Source of the DNA: the human T2T-CHM13v2.0 reference genome, Homo sapiens
Assembly: GCF_009914755.1 (NCBI RefSeq)
Contig: NC_060947.1
Reading direction: 5' to 3' (one strand)
DNA length: 64,000 nucleotides
A program made the translations under genes and the position numbers. The notes under the pieces are model-generated. The model ran no database searches and was not told where the DNA came from. It saw only the letters and a program-made list of their open reading frames with translations. Of the stretch, positions 1-13,930 are shown in pieces (within the stretch, counting starts at the first letter, position 1; each line of letters begins with the position of its first letter).

Positions 1-1182
1 ATGCACGGCTTGCATTCCACTGTACAGTGTTATATTGTGTATCCACCTCTGTGTCCTCTGGGTCTAAAAGCCTCACTGGTGTGTGTTTCCACCTGTGTGG
101 CCTCTCAGCGGCTCTGCTCCTTCATCCCTGCACCTGCCTTGTCTTCATGCACCTGTGTGCATGTGTCCATGTGCATCTGTACCAAGGGAGTCTGCCTGGC
201 CCTGGCCCTCCATGTATGTGTCTAAGGGGCCAGCCCCTTTACCTCCTCCAAGCCCTCACTGCCTCCCAACGCCAGGTGCCTCCCCAGCCTCTCTCTCGCA
301 GCCCCTGTCCCACTGCTGGCACAGACAGTCTTCCCAACCCCTATCCGCCAACTCGTCTCTCAGTGACACTGGCCTCCTCCTTGTCCAGGCCCAGAGACAA
401 AGGTGTCAAGGTGAGGCTGGGAAGGGACTGGAGCCTGGTAGCTCAAGAGACACAAATGCCCTCACACATGATACCCTGTGACATGCCCCTCACACGGCCT
501 GACAGCTACTTACAGGAGAAAACACCATCACGGTAACACCCCCCACACGCAAGTGTGTACTTACATTCAGCCCCACTCACACATACACATGACCCAATGC
601 AATCAAATGTCGTGGTCAAATACCTCCCGACCTCCACAAGCCTGGCCAGTAAGTAACAGAGTGACTCACACAGTCACCCATGTAAGGAAGTCAAAATCAC
701 ATTCACGAATATCTACGCTCAGTCAATCACAAGAACACACAGACATACACAGTGTATCCATGCTTAATCACAACCCTACGGCCACACTCCCCAACATCCA
801 CTCACCTGCTTGTGCCCCCAACAAATGTTACAACCATAGACACATGCTCCAGCAGCCCTGCCCCCACCCCCACCAAATAACTACACACAAAAAAGGGTCC
901 AGAAGGCTGCTGGGCTGGGACCAGGGTTTTTCAAGCCACCTTTTCCTGTCTCAGTTCAGAGACAGGGTGACCAAGGGCCCAGGAGGGGAAAGAGAAATGG
1001 GGACAAGACTTGAACACAGGCCTTTGCACAAGCCAGCTGAGGGCTGGGGACGACCCCATTCTCCTGCTGCCACACCCCTGTGGTGGGGGATGGAAGCGGA
1101 GGAGTCGGAGTGGGGCGGGCAGAGATGGGGCGGGCTAAGGAGAGCATGGAGGAGGCCCAAGACCTCGGGGCCCTGCTCCAGG

Positions 1183-1203
1183 TTCGCTGTCCCTGGTGCT
1201 GAA
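1183..1203 (-). promoter_or_regulatory. RE1/NRSE (REST binding site) in the L1CAM intron after the ATG exon
   Basis: Minus strand reads TTCAGCACCAGGGACAGCGAA, with both half-sites of the RE1 consensus (TTCAGCACCnnGGACAG) at canonical spacing. An intronic NRSE is an established L1CAM feature. Confidence 0.92.
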
Positions 1204-1436
1204 ATCGCCCCGGCGGCCGCGCCTGTCCCTGTCCATGGTCCTGACACGCCCCGCACCTTCTACCCTGCCCTTCTCTCCGGGGGTACCCAACGTCCTGGCT
1301 ATCTCCTGCCCACCCTGTGCCCAGGAAAGGCCAGGGAGAGGAGTCAGGGTCCGGAACAGGGAGAAGGTGAGGAGGTAGAAGATAAAGAGGGGCCCAACAT
1401 AGCGGCGAAGGTAGGCGCCCAGGCTCCCTTCAGCTA

Positions 1437-1559
<123 letters not shown>

Positions 1560-2283
1560 TCAGGCTCCGGCCGGAGGGGAAGGGGGCTGGTGGGCGGCTT
1601 GGGGCGGGAGTTGGGAGTGGGGGCACTGGGAGAGGGGAGAAGGGAAGGGAAGGGTGGGGGAAGAGAGACGAGAGAACGGAAGGACGTTAGTGACTAACAT
1701 CTGGGTAAGCCCGGGCTCTTGGCCCCGCCCTCAGCCCCGCCCCCAGCTGGCCGGCTTCTCCAGCCCTCCCCTCCCCATCCGCACCCCTCCCCACCTTGGA
1801 GGGAGAAATCTGGAAGAGATAGCCCTGGCTGGGCCTCTAGGTTGCCTTTTATTCCCTCTCTACTCTCTGTCTGCACCTTTCCTGCCAGCTGCCTTCCCAG
1901 CACCAACTTGTTGCCCCATCAGCTCCCCTGTGCATGGCATGCACATCCCCGTATGTGTCTGCATGTGCAGGTGTCCGTGGGCATGTGTGTGGTTGTGGAT
2001 CTGCAAGCAGGGAGTGAGCTGTATGTGAGCTGGTATTTCTGTGGTGTGTCTTCTCTGGGAGGGGTTGCACTCATGAGTGGGTGTGTTAGTGTGTGTGCCT
2101 GAGGGAATCAACACACAAGTCTGCTAGCTACGTGTGTCTTCTTGTATGTCTTTATGTATCTGTGGGGATGAATCCCTGTATCTATTATCTCTGTGTGCAC
2201 ACACATGTAGAGAAGAATTCTTCTTGCAGTCACATTGCTATAGCTTTCAGAGCCAACTGATGCCTGGGTGCTGTACAGACCTA

Positions 2284-3460
<1,177 letters not shown>

Positions 3461-4737
3461 TTAGGGTCAGGACAGGGGTCAGGACAAGCTCTGGGACATT
3501 TTCCGTGACAGTGTTTCTAACACTTCTTGTGTGTCTCAAAGTCCCAATTTCTAGGTCTTTGTCTGAGTCTTCAGAGCTCAACTGCTGCATGTGTCCACCC
3601 CAAACCCAAGCCACACCGGCCATGTCCATATTCACCTACAAGTAAGGGGAGCCAAAGACTAAGGGTCTGAAAGAGGGGGCTCCTCTGACAATGACAAGAG
3701 GAAACAGACTCCCAAGTGGCCAGACCACTTCAATTCCAAACAGGAAGTGGTTAAAGTGCAGGCAAGGCAAGAAAGGGTGTTGTTAGGTGACAGAGCTTGG
3801 AGGCTGAAGTCCCAGACTAGACGCCTTCATTAAATCCATACTGTGCATCCTCCCTCTGCCCAGCCAGGACCTTATCAAAGCGGGCACCGAGCCTCAGCAG
3901 GAACACCGAAAGGATGGTAGAGAAGTCAGCCATGCTGTGCTAAGGCTCTGGGCCTTGTCAGTTTTGTGTAACAGAGTGACCCAAGAAGAGCTGTGAATGC
4001 GGCAGATCCCGTGGGGACTCTGGGCAAGAGCTTGCTGCAGAGGGTGGTGGAGAAGCAGCAGGGTGGGTCAGCGTGCATGGCCTGGAGGCCAAGAGATGAC
4101 TTGGAGGGTAAGAAGAGTGATTCCCAGCCTGCAAGAGCTGGACCTGGGCCCAGAAGGGAAGAGCAACAGTGGATCTGTTCCACCCCGGCCTCTCCCTACA
4201 AAGCCAGTGGATCAGGGGAGGCCCCAGGCAGCACTGGCCTCAACTTCAAGGCCTGTAGGAGCAGTAGGAGACTCGGATCAGAGAGCAGATGATCAAACAG
4301 CAGCCTTGGGAGCTCTGAGCACTGGTCTTAGGAGGGGGAGGGGAGGAAACCGGAGCAAGGAAAAGCTCAAAGAAGGACCCTCCTGCATGTCAGAGGCTTT
4401 TGGGTGCTCTGGAGGTCGATAATTTCTGCCACGCAAGTTCCTCTATTTGTCCTCCAAATCTAGAATCCTGGAATGGTGTTTGGCATGTACGCTCAGGGGA
4501 AATACAATATCCCCAAACCCCTGGTCCCCGCTCCCTGCCCCATCCCAGCCCCATCCCATCTCCCCACAGGCTCATATCCAACTTCTTTTTTGGTCTCCCA
4601 GTATTTGCCACCTAGCTTGCCACCGCCCTGGGCAGTCGGAGACAGGCAGGAAGCAGCCAGAAGGTTGCGAGATATAACAGCTGGGAGGGGGCGCTCCCTC
4701 CTCTCCTCCCACTGCTGCTGGGTCTCTGATCTCTCAC

Positions 4738-4868
4738 CATTCCTCAGGCAATTACAGAGCAAGCAGCTAGGGTTGTCAGCTCAGCAGGCCCTCTACCCCC
4801 CACCAGCACCACTAAGGGCAAAGGAGCGGGGAGGGGGGAGTGTTCCACAGATGGAGCCAAGGCCGGGT
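4738..4868 (-). other. Candidate non-coding L1CAM 5'UTR cassette exon
   Basis: Long polypyrimidine tract (~4880-4930 on minus) plus CAG acceptor at 4871-4869, and an ATG|GTGAGA donor at 4738/4737. No transcript evidence is available here. Confidence 0.4.
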
Positions 4869-5109
4869 CTGCCAAGGGTGACAGACAGAGTGAGAAGAGG
4901 CAGGGGGGAGCAGGAGACAAAGACAGACGTAGGAAGACAGCGCTAACCACGATGGAGATGGTTAGGGGGTGGGGAAATTCCGAAACGGAGACCCAGGCAG
5001 CAGAGAAAGGGAGAGAAGAGGAAACCGGAGCACAAAGGGTGAGAGGCAGCTGCAGAGTGCGCCGCTGAGAAATGGCAGAAAGAGCGAGAAGAGTGAGGGG
5101 TGGGGGTGG

Positions 5110-5134
5110 GCGTGTGCACGTGCGCGTGCGCGCA
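5110..5134. promoter_or_regulatory. Alternating purine-pyrimidine tract containing an NRF1 motif
   Basis: GCGTGTGCACGTGCGCGTGCGCGCA. The reverse complement of 5121-5132 is CGCGCACGCGCA, matching YGCGCAYGCGCR. Confidence 0.5.
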
Positions 5135-6829
5135 GGCCGCCTGCACAGCGTCCTTGTCCCTGGGGGCTGTGCCAGGCAAGGGGCGGGGAGGAGGGAAGAT
5201 GGGCCTGGGTCAGTGGAGGGGCTTCCCGGCGTGGACGTCACGCTGGCCTGGGAGCAGGGTAGAGAGACAGACAGAGGGTGGAGCAGCTGTGAGCTGGGGC
5301 CGGAGGGGCCTACAAAGCCCCACGCAACAGAGCATCAAGGCCCTGCCCACTTGTGGCACTGGGCAAGGGACGGCCGTGAGACAGGATGAATGGCACACTG
5401 CTGGCTGACCCATGCCATGCCAGGGAACAGGTGGGGGTCGGGGGATTCCTGCTGCGGGTAGGAACGGGGGGAGGGGGAAGCACCCAGAAAATCCCAGGGA
5501 AGCCTTCCAATATTGCTGCTGGCTGGGAGTAAGTGGTCACCTGGCTGGAGGAGACGCACATGTGTTAGGCCAAGAGTGAGCCTGCGTGACCATGCACTGA
5601 GTGGACAGTGGCCGCTGTGCTGGGGCAGTTGAAGATGGGGCCATTCCTGAGTAAGTCCGGTCCCAAACCCATCCTCCCCGGTGGGAAAGGGCCAGGGAGG
5701 CAAGGGTCACGCCCAGCAGCCTACAGGGAGGGGTTCAGCCCCAGAAGAGCCTTGCCCCATCCCACCCCACCTGGCCTCCCACTACACCCGCAGGTCCCTC
5801 AGGGAGTCCTCTGTCCTCTGCTCCAAAGTGCCTGCTTTGGTCTGATGGGAAGCAGCTTGCCAGGGAGGGACCTGGGAGGTTGTGGAGCCTGGCTAGACCT
5901 GGAGTGACTGCCTCCTCCCTGAAAACACACACACACACCCCATCACCACCACCACCACACACCTTGAGAAGGGAACCTCCAGCGGTGCCCTGCACATGTG
6001 CCCTGCACACCTGCCTGTCAGTTCTCAGGTTCTGCCTGGAGTTCCTCTCAAAGGAGAAGCAACAAGAGAGCCCTTCAACAGCACAGCAGAGACTATCCGG
6101 CTTCTCCTGCCCTTGTCTCCTGGGGACATGGTGCCTGGTGACTCAGTGGGCCAGAGTGGGGGTGGGGCTGGGGGCTCAGCACAGGGCACATGAAAGGGTC
6201 AGAGTGTGGTGCTGGGCCCATGTGCTTGCAGGCCTGGGAGCCTGGGGGGCTTCTGTGCCTGTTGGTGTGTATACGATGGTGTGGGTGTCACCTACACCCT
6301 GTGCACTGTGTCCCTTTAAGGCTCCCGCTGGCCCTCCCCGCCCCGCTCCCCAGGCCGTGGCTGGCGGGTTTCTATGGTGATGCAGCCCAAGTCCCAGAGG
6401 TGGGGGAAGCCAGAGGAAAGCCTTGTTATGTGTTATGTAGACAGCACATAAAGGGGGCTGCTCCAGGGAGCCCCCACAGGTACCTGGGGGCCCAGAAGTC
6501 CTTTATGACTGCTGCTTAGTCCCTGCACTCCCAACCTCACCCCTCCCTAAGAGGGTACCCTTAGGAGAGAGTGAGCCCTCAGCCCCCTCATCTCGCCTGA
6601 GGCTTCAGTCTCCAAGGCAACTACAACTCACCTGTAATGGACCATTCTCCTTAAAAGATGGGGAAAAGAGACGGAGGTTAACCCTTTGTGGGGTTCAGGG
6701 AGGACGGTCTTGACTACTGGGGAAGGGAGGGAGGAGCCCCACTCCATCCCCACAATCACATGCCTCTGTGGTCTGTTCTATTAAATCAACTTACAGCGTG
6801 GACTTACCACGTACCAGAAAGCCTCATGA

Positions 6830-6975
6830 GCACTTCCACTCACATCCACTCATCTCCTCCCCAGATTTGCCTCAGGGAGGGAGGTGCTATCATCATCCCC
6901 ATTTTACAGATGAGGACACGGAGGCTCAGAAAACTGGAAACTGTGTCCAAGATCACAGAGCTGGCACTGGGTCTC
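6830..6975. mobile_element. MIR SINE fragment
   Basis: Core CCCCATTTTACAGATGAGGA..GAGGCTCAGA..CCAAGATCACAGAGCT matches the MIR core. Confidence 0.75.
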
Positions 6976-9900
6976 AGCAGGGGTGGGGTTTTAGAGGGCG
7001 TGGTGGCTCCCTAAGCTGCCTCTCAGAGGCTCTGGCATCCCAACATGTGTGCCTGCTGGGCTTCCCAGGGAACCAGGGGCCTGGGCGAGGATGGCCTCCA
7101 AGCCATCCTGCCCCGTGGGGAGGGCTTACTTGCCAGGCAGATGGCAGGCAAATGTCGGGGGCAGGGAGTGACATCTTGGGATGGAGGCCATGCGGAAGTA
7201 GGATGTGATCAACATCACGTCTCAGCACAGAGCTGAAGCCCGACACCAAACAAACCCCCAAGTCCCCCATCCAGGTACTCAGTCCAAGAGAAGGCCAACT
7301 CCTTTCCCTTTTGGGCTTGGGGACAGGCTGGTTTCTTGGTCCCCTCTTCTGCTCTCTGGAATCTGGACTTGTTCTGATACCTTTCTTGCAACCAGAGGCT
7401 CCAGAACCCCTCCCAAAGAGGCCCCTCTCCAATCAGCATTTAGGGACAGCAGTGGCCCCATTCTTGTGTCGAAGGAGATACTGATGCCCAGCAGGCGGCA
7501 AGGCTTCAGCCTCCGAGACCCCTAGAAGGCGAGAGAAATGAGGTGGCAGCAAAACTAGGGCTCCTCTCAGGCCCCAGGCCTCCTCAGGGAGCTAGGATGA
7601 CCCTAGCACTAGAGGGGGCTTCAGCGGCCAGGCCAGAAGGAACAGACTGCATCCAGTTCCTGGGGCTGTGGCCTGAAAAGGAGAGCAGGGAAGGAGCCCA
7701 GCCTGGGGCAGGGAGAGGCCCTGGCCCACAGCAGTCCTGGGATACCTAGCCTGTGTTGGTTTGCGGGGGGCGGGGTGGGGGTGCCTGGAAACAGCTCAGA
7801 CACTGCCAGGCCCCACGGGCCCCCTCCAGGGGCCCCACTCCCGAGGGGTTAAAGGGCAGAGGGGGACACAGGAAGCCCGGGGGCGGACAATGGGGCCTCT
7901 GTGATCCCCAGGGCTTGGGCATTCCTAAGTCATGAACACAGACGCAGATGGCTGGGAGACAGGGCCACAGGGAACCCCCCTCCACTGAAGCACAGCCTGG
8001 GTTGGCCAGAGGCTCTGTCCCCATCCAGCCACTGCAGCAGCCACCCTCAGCCCCACCCCTTCCCAGCACAGGCCCTGTTGGGGCATCTGAGGAGACCCAC
8101 GTGGCCTCATGACAATATGTGTGTGCATGCTGGTTCACGAACACACACACACATGCAACCAAATATATGACCCCACCCAGACAAACAGGAATACTGGAGG
8201 TTACACACACACAAATACACACACACAAGCAGAGACACAAACCCCATACATGCAGATAGGAAGTCTGCCTGGCTGGAGGGCAGGGGGCAGAGGGGCTCCC
8301 GGGACTCAGTCCCTTTCCCTCAAGTTCCACTCTCAGACCCGCACTGGGATGGACGGGTTCAGAAGTCCTCTTTGGCCAAGTGCATGGAGCCCAGGACGCT
8401 GCCACCCTCCTGCCCCACCCAACCCCTGGCCCTCGCAGCTGCCCCTGCTGGGTGTAAGGGCCAGAGATGAGCAGGAGCTGCTGACTGACAGTGGCTGGGC
8501 ACTCCCTCTGCAGCTTTCCAACCTGGGAAGAACACGGGGACCTGGGCTGGGGGCCACTGGACAAAGAAAAGCTTCTAGAAAGAACAGCGGCCAGACCCTC
8601 CCCAGCTCCTCCCTCTTTTTCCAGCCACAGCCTTCAGGAAGCCACAAAGACCCTGTTGATATCTGGGGAAGAGGCAAGCTGGGCGGGCTACCTCCCCCAG
8701 TGCTCGTCTGGCTGCTGCTCACCAGGCACCCCCCATACAGCCTTCCACTCAGACAAGGCCCCCATGGGGGGTCTGGGCCCAACCCCAAGGCGTAGAGTCC
8801 AGCAGAAGGGTGCTGAGTGGCTGCTGGACAGGGCACAACCTCAGGGCCCTCAAGGGTGAGGCAGGGGCAGCTGGGGGGGACAAGGAGAGGAGCAGAGCGG
8901 TGGAAGACAGACAAAAGGGTAAGCAGAGAGATGGAGCAGAGCCCTGACGGGAAGGGGGAAGAGGGAAGGGAGGGCCAGGCAGGCAGAGGCAGAGGGAGGA
9001 GACGGGGAGTGGTGCACCCCATCCCCGGCAGCAGCAGGCTTCTGCCTAGAAGGAGGAGGAAGGTGATGGCCCTGGGGGTGGGGCACAGGGAGACGTGGGA
9101 GGCTGCAGAGGAGAGAGCAGGGGGGCGGGGGAAGCAGGAGAAGGAGGTGTCCGAGATGGGCCAGATCAGAGCAAGTAAGACAGCGACTGCAGGGGCAGGG
9201 ATGCTGCAGGCCCATTCCAGATGGCCCCACCCAGGGACCCAGCCCCAGCCCATTGCAGGGGCAGAGGACAGGGCAATGAGCACCCTGCTGGGGACCCTAG
9301 AAGGGCATCCAGACCCCCCGCCTCCCCCACTGTCTGAACCACGAGGGAGGGAGGCAGGGCCCCCACTCATGCCCCCACTCATGCCTGGCAGACCAGGGTC
9401 TTGGCTGGGATCCCCATCCTGGCAGACCTCCTCACAGGACCCCACCACTACCCCAGGTTCTCCCATGAACGTGCCCTCCTGGAGCCTGGGCCACTCTGCG
9501 AGGCCGCATCACCCTCACACCCAGAAAAGCACTCAGTGCAGCCATTTCGAGCTTTGAAAGGGAACTTGGTGATCAAGGTAGGGCACACAGGCCTGTCTCC
9601 TCGACCCTCACCTGCCAGTCCTGGCCAGGTGCATGCCAAGGAAGGCGCCAGCTGTAGTTCCAGTGGTGGAAAGGGCTCGGACCTGGGAGAGGCCGATTGG
9701 GGGCACAATCTGGGCACCCTGCTCACTGTAGGAGCCCTCAGGCCAGGCCCTTCCTCACTCTTTGCCTCCCTTTTCCCTTCAGATAATCATCAAGAAAAAA
9801 GAAAACAAGTGACACCCCACGAAGACAGGGACAATGCTGGTCCAGTTTGTCACTGGCTCTTCCATGGGCAGCCCAGAGCCCGGCCCAAAGGAGCACTGGC

Positions 9901-10380
9901 CATGAGCAGCTGCCCAGTACACGACTGCCCATCGCTGGGATGCTGAGCGCCTGGGTAGGGAAGCTCTTCACTGGCTGCAGGGCAGGGGACCCCGCCACCT
10001 TGAAGCGCTGATTGTCCTCCTGATGCTCAGCAGGGAGCTGGCAGCTGGGAACTTGGGGAGGAGCCTTTTAGGAGCGCGGTGTAGCAAACCAGGGAGGCTG
10101 GGGCGTGCTGAACGTGTTTCCCTCTTGGTGATCAGATCACTAGCGATTCTTAATTTCTTTTGTTCTTTTCTGTATATTTCAAGTGTCCTACAATAAGATG
10201 TATTACTTTCGGGATCATACACACACAAACATCAATAAATATGGAGAGAGACTCAGATGCAGCAGAGAGAAATGACCAGGAGCCAAGGAGGTGGGAAGGT
10301 CCCAGGCCCAACCCTGCCCCAAACTTCCCATGTGGCCAAGACAGCCGAGTCCTCAAAGGCTCTGGAGCCCTCAGGTGTGC

Positions 10381-10669
10381 ACATGTGGGCACTGCATGGG
10401 AGCTGTGCCAGGGGAGAGGCCAGGCTGGGCCAAGTCCCACCACCTGCAGCAAGGAGCTGACGGGAGGGGAGAGGCCCTGGGGAGGCCCCCGCCCCAGAAA
10501 GATGATGCTGGGCAGCAGCCCCCAGGGGAAGAAGGGCGGACTGCACTGATTTACGTCAGGGCCACATGAGTCAGCAGAGATGGCACTGGGCTGCCCCGAT
10601 GCCCCTGCCCTCAGGGTGGGGTTAACAGGGGCAGGGTATCTACCTGGGGGGTGCCAGGCCCCCACTCCT
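10381..10669 (-). repeat. Copy A of a diverged inverted paralogous element (partner at 28079-28292)
   Basis: The reverse complement of 10496-10573 aligns ungapped to 28148-28225 at 67/78 by hand count. Flanking blocks also align with indels. Confidence 0.85.
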
Positions 10670-11399
10670 TCTGGAGAAGGGGGCAGATGGCTCTAGGCCT
10701 GCCTTCCTGAGAGGGACAGTGATAGGTGGGGGGTCCAGATACCCTGTCGGGGGCAATGGATTGTAGTGCGTGTTCTTTGCAATCCCTGCCAACCAAGAGG
10801 CCCCAAAAGTCTGACCTGGAATGGAGGGAATAGGAATCGCTGACCCCTCCCATAACCGCACAGAGATAGGAAGATGTGGCAGTGGGCAAAAGACCTGCAG
10901 TGCGCAGGGACCGCCTGAGCCAGTGAGGCCCACCTTCCCTCACCCCTACCTGATGGACCCTACCTGATGGACACCCATGCACGGGAGGCACAGCAGTGGG
11001 TGCCCGAACCGACCTCACCCACTCCAGCCCTGACTGGCCACAGAGCCTGTGGAAACGGGCTCCAGAGGCGCCCTACGCCTCCGGGGAGGAGCCCCTGGCT
11101 CTGCGGCAGGTTTTCGGGTGAGCCCGGAGGAGCCCAGGCTGGGATTTGGAAAGAAGAAGGAGGAGAACAAAGCCCCCCCAACCTTGGGGCGGAGGGGCAG
11201 GCAGCGCCCAGTCCCGTTCACTCCCCTCCCCCCATTGCAGGGGCGGCTTATCCCGATCTACCCCTCACCACGCTGTCAGCCGGGATTTTCAACCAAACTG
11301 AGCTCTCGGCTGGGGATGAGGGGCAGCCACGCCCAGGGCCACACCCCACGGCGGCCTGTGGGGGAGCGCTCGACCCGATCTGGCTTCCTTTCTCAGACA

Positions 11400-12450
11400 C
11401 GCACACACGCACGGGGACCCGCCAACTTCAGCCCCCGCCTGCCCACACAGACCCTGCCTGACGCCCCCCGCCCTGTTCTCCCGCCCAGGCCAGCATCTGG
11501 GGCGCCGCCCAGGTACCCCTCACCTGTCGGGCTCGGGCACCCGGCATCCCTCCCCCGCCCCGCTTACAGCCCGCGGTGCCCGGAGCCCGACGCCCGGCAT
11601 GGGTGGGGCTCCGGCAGCAACGCCGGTTACCGCGGGCCGGACCGGGCCGGGCGGCACTCCCTGGTCCGTGCACCCCGGGCAGAGCGGGGTGGGGTCGCCG
11701 GGGATCGCGGCCGCGGCCCGGGCGCACGGGGAGGCCAGCCCGCCTTACCTGCGCTGCGGCCACCGCTCGGGCTGCCCGCCCAGCCTCCGCGCACGCCGGC
11801 CTCGGACCCGCCGCCCGAGCGCGTCTGCGATGCCGATGCTGCGGCAGCAGCGGCTGTGGCGGGGCGGGGCGGGCGTGCGCGCAGGGGCGGGGGAGGGGAG
11901 CGCCGGGGAGGAGAGGGAGGGAGGAGTGAGATCACCTCCCCGGCCGCCCGCCCCGCCCCGCCCCGCCCCGCCGCACCCTAGCCCCTGGTGCCAGCCGAGC
12001 GCGGCTTGGGCTGGGGGCCCCCGGGCAGCCCACTCCGGGAGCTCAGCGGGACCCCAGCCGACGGGTCCCGCCAGACCCCCTTCCCCGCAGACCGGGAGTC
12101 TCCGGCCGGAGAGTGTCCTCAGCCCCAGCGCAAGGGAGCCCGCTGTGAAAGCTCGGAGCGGGAATCGCGGGGCGAGAGTGCTCCCAGAGGCCTGGGGCCG
12201 GGCGGTGGAGAGAGGAGTCCGGCAAGGAAGGGGATGCTCCCTTAGCCTCGGCCTGGCCCTCGACGGCGCCGGCCAGCGATGGGCACCTGCACGCAACGCC
12301 CCCCCAACACACACACACAGGGCAGGACTCCCGGGACCTCTCCCGAATGCCCCCCGATCCTGAGGGCCCAGTCAGGGTCCTGTTGGGAGGGGTGCGGGGG
12401 CTTCGTCCTCAGCGTGTTGGGGAGGCGCCGCGGAGCACCGGCTCCTGCGC
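11400..12450. promoter_or_regulatory. L1CAM: CpG island / upstream L1CAM promoter
   Basis: Very high CpG density and tandem GC boxes (CCCCGCCCCGCCCCG at ~11946-11972) immediately upstream of exon 0. Confidence 0.88.
11749..11880 (-). other. L1CAM: L1CAM non-coding exon 0 (5' end approximate)
   Basis: Strong CAG|GTAAGG donor at 11749/11748 in the CpG island, ~10 kb upstream of the ATG exon, consistent with known L1CAM structure. Confidence 0.8.
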
Positions 12451-13599
12451 ACCCCAGAGCCCAGGTGGGCGGCAGGGTAGGAGGCGAGCCCAGGGGAGAC
12501 AGGGTCTGGGAGAGGGTATCCCTCGAACTGCCACCCCCAACTCCCAGATTTTCCTCCAGCTCTCTGGTGTCTTATTTCTTTGTCCTCGGGATTGGCCCCA
12601 TTCGACCTTTCCCGCCGACTCCACTCTCTCCCACTCTCCCCCGCAGCCCTGCACAGGATCGAGAAGGAAGGAGCTCCTCCCCAGTGCCCCCTCCTAGGCT
12701 CAAGGCCATGACCTCACAGGCGAGGAAGCAAAATGGAGGGGGTAAGAATTCCGGAGCCGGCGAGCTGGCTGCAGCCTCAGGGCTAGGAAGGCCTAGGGCC
12801 CCGATGGCAGATTGCAGATCTGGCGGCCACGGTATTTTTATGGGCATGCCTGTTGCCCAGTGAAGCATTCCAGGGGCCCTCGACTCAGTCTCACAAGACT
12901 CCCCAAGTGGTGTGGGGCCCTGGAGGGCCCACATGGGAGCAGCCCTGGCATCCTGGCTTGGATGCCCCACCCCCATAGTGCCAGCTTCAGTTCCCCTGGA
13001 ATGGGAAGCTTGGGGTGGACCCATCTGTGCTCAGAGAGGGTCTGGATGCCATGTTTGCCCAGCCTTTAGGAGGAGAATGGACAAGACTAGGCACCTGAGT
13101 GAAGACGGACGGCTAGGGAGACTGCTTCCAGAGTGGGGGCACTTGCAGGGCATCTTCAGGTGACAGCAGAGGAAACTGAGCCCGCCTGGGTCACGAGGCC
13201 AGCAGGCTCATGAGCTGGGCCAAGAGGGCGTACTTTCCATGAGGCACTGAGCTGTGGTCAGCTTCCTGCCTTTGCTGATCTGAACTCTGATAGGCCTCTC
13301 TCCTTTCCAGTTGCTGCCTCCACTCACTCCCTACGTTCCCAGCCTTTCCTCCAAGCCCCAACTTCTGCAAATCCTTTACCTAATCTAGGGTTTGATGCCC
13401 ATCAGGATGGTGAAGTAAGCAGGGAATAGAGCCCGTTTATACGCACCTGCTAATGTGTAGTGATGGGTCCATTTATGGTAACAAAAAATTCATTACTAGG
13501 ATTACACGACATCACATTTCCTGAGCACAGCCATGGACCTGCCATCGTTACATTTCCTGCACATTTAAATTGCACACCAACCTGGGGAGGTCTGTTGAA

Positions 13600-13930
13600 G
13601 CATTCGCCCCACGTTACAGATGAGAAAACCAAAGCCCACAGAGCTCAAGGCTGGGTCCAGCAAGCACAGTTAGGAAGGTCTCTTTCTCTCCACTGGCTCA
13701 TTGCATCCACACACACACCCCAGATGATGGTGCTGTTATTATCCTCACTCTCCCAGTGAGGTACCCAAGGTCCAGAGAGGGGCAGTCATGCAACCAGGAA
13801 GAAATTGGCACTATCAGTGCCCCCATTTCACAGATGAGGAAACCAAGGTTCAGAGGGGTCAAATGACCCACCCAAGATAGCCCAGAAGGTAAATGGCAGA
13901 ACTCGGACTTGAATTCCCTTCTGCTTGACC
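13600..13930. mobile_element. Several MIR fragments
   Basis: Repeated ACAGATGAG(A/G)AAACC..CAGAG cores at ~13615, ~13755 and ~13830. Confidence 0.65.

Noticed and set aside
8333-9557. Overlapping 377-aa (minus) and 246-aa (plus) ORFs, including a 12-bp tandem CCCCCACTCATG at 9360-9383
   Set aside because: Purine/pyrimidine-skewed intronic sequence giving low-complexity translations, with no domain or splice support.
11049-12363. Many long overlapping ORFs in the L1CAM CpG island
   Set aside because: Pro/Arg/Gly/Ala-rich on all frames, an artefact of stop-codon depletion. The same applies to the islands at 52, 54 and 60-61 kb.
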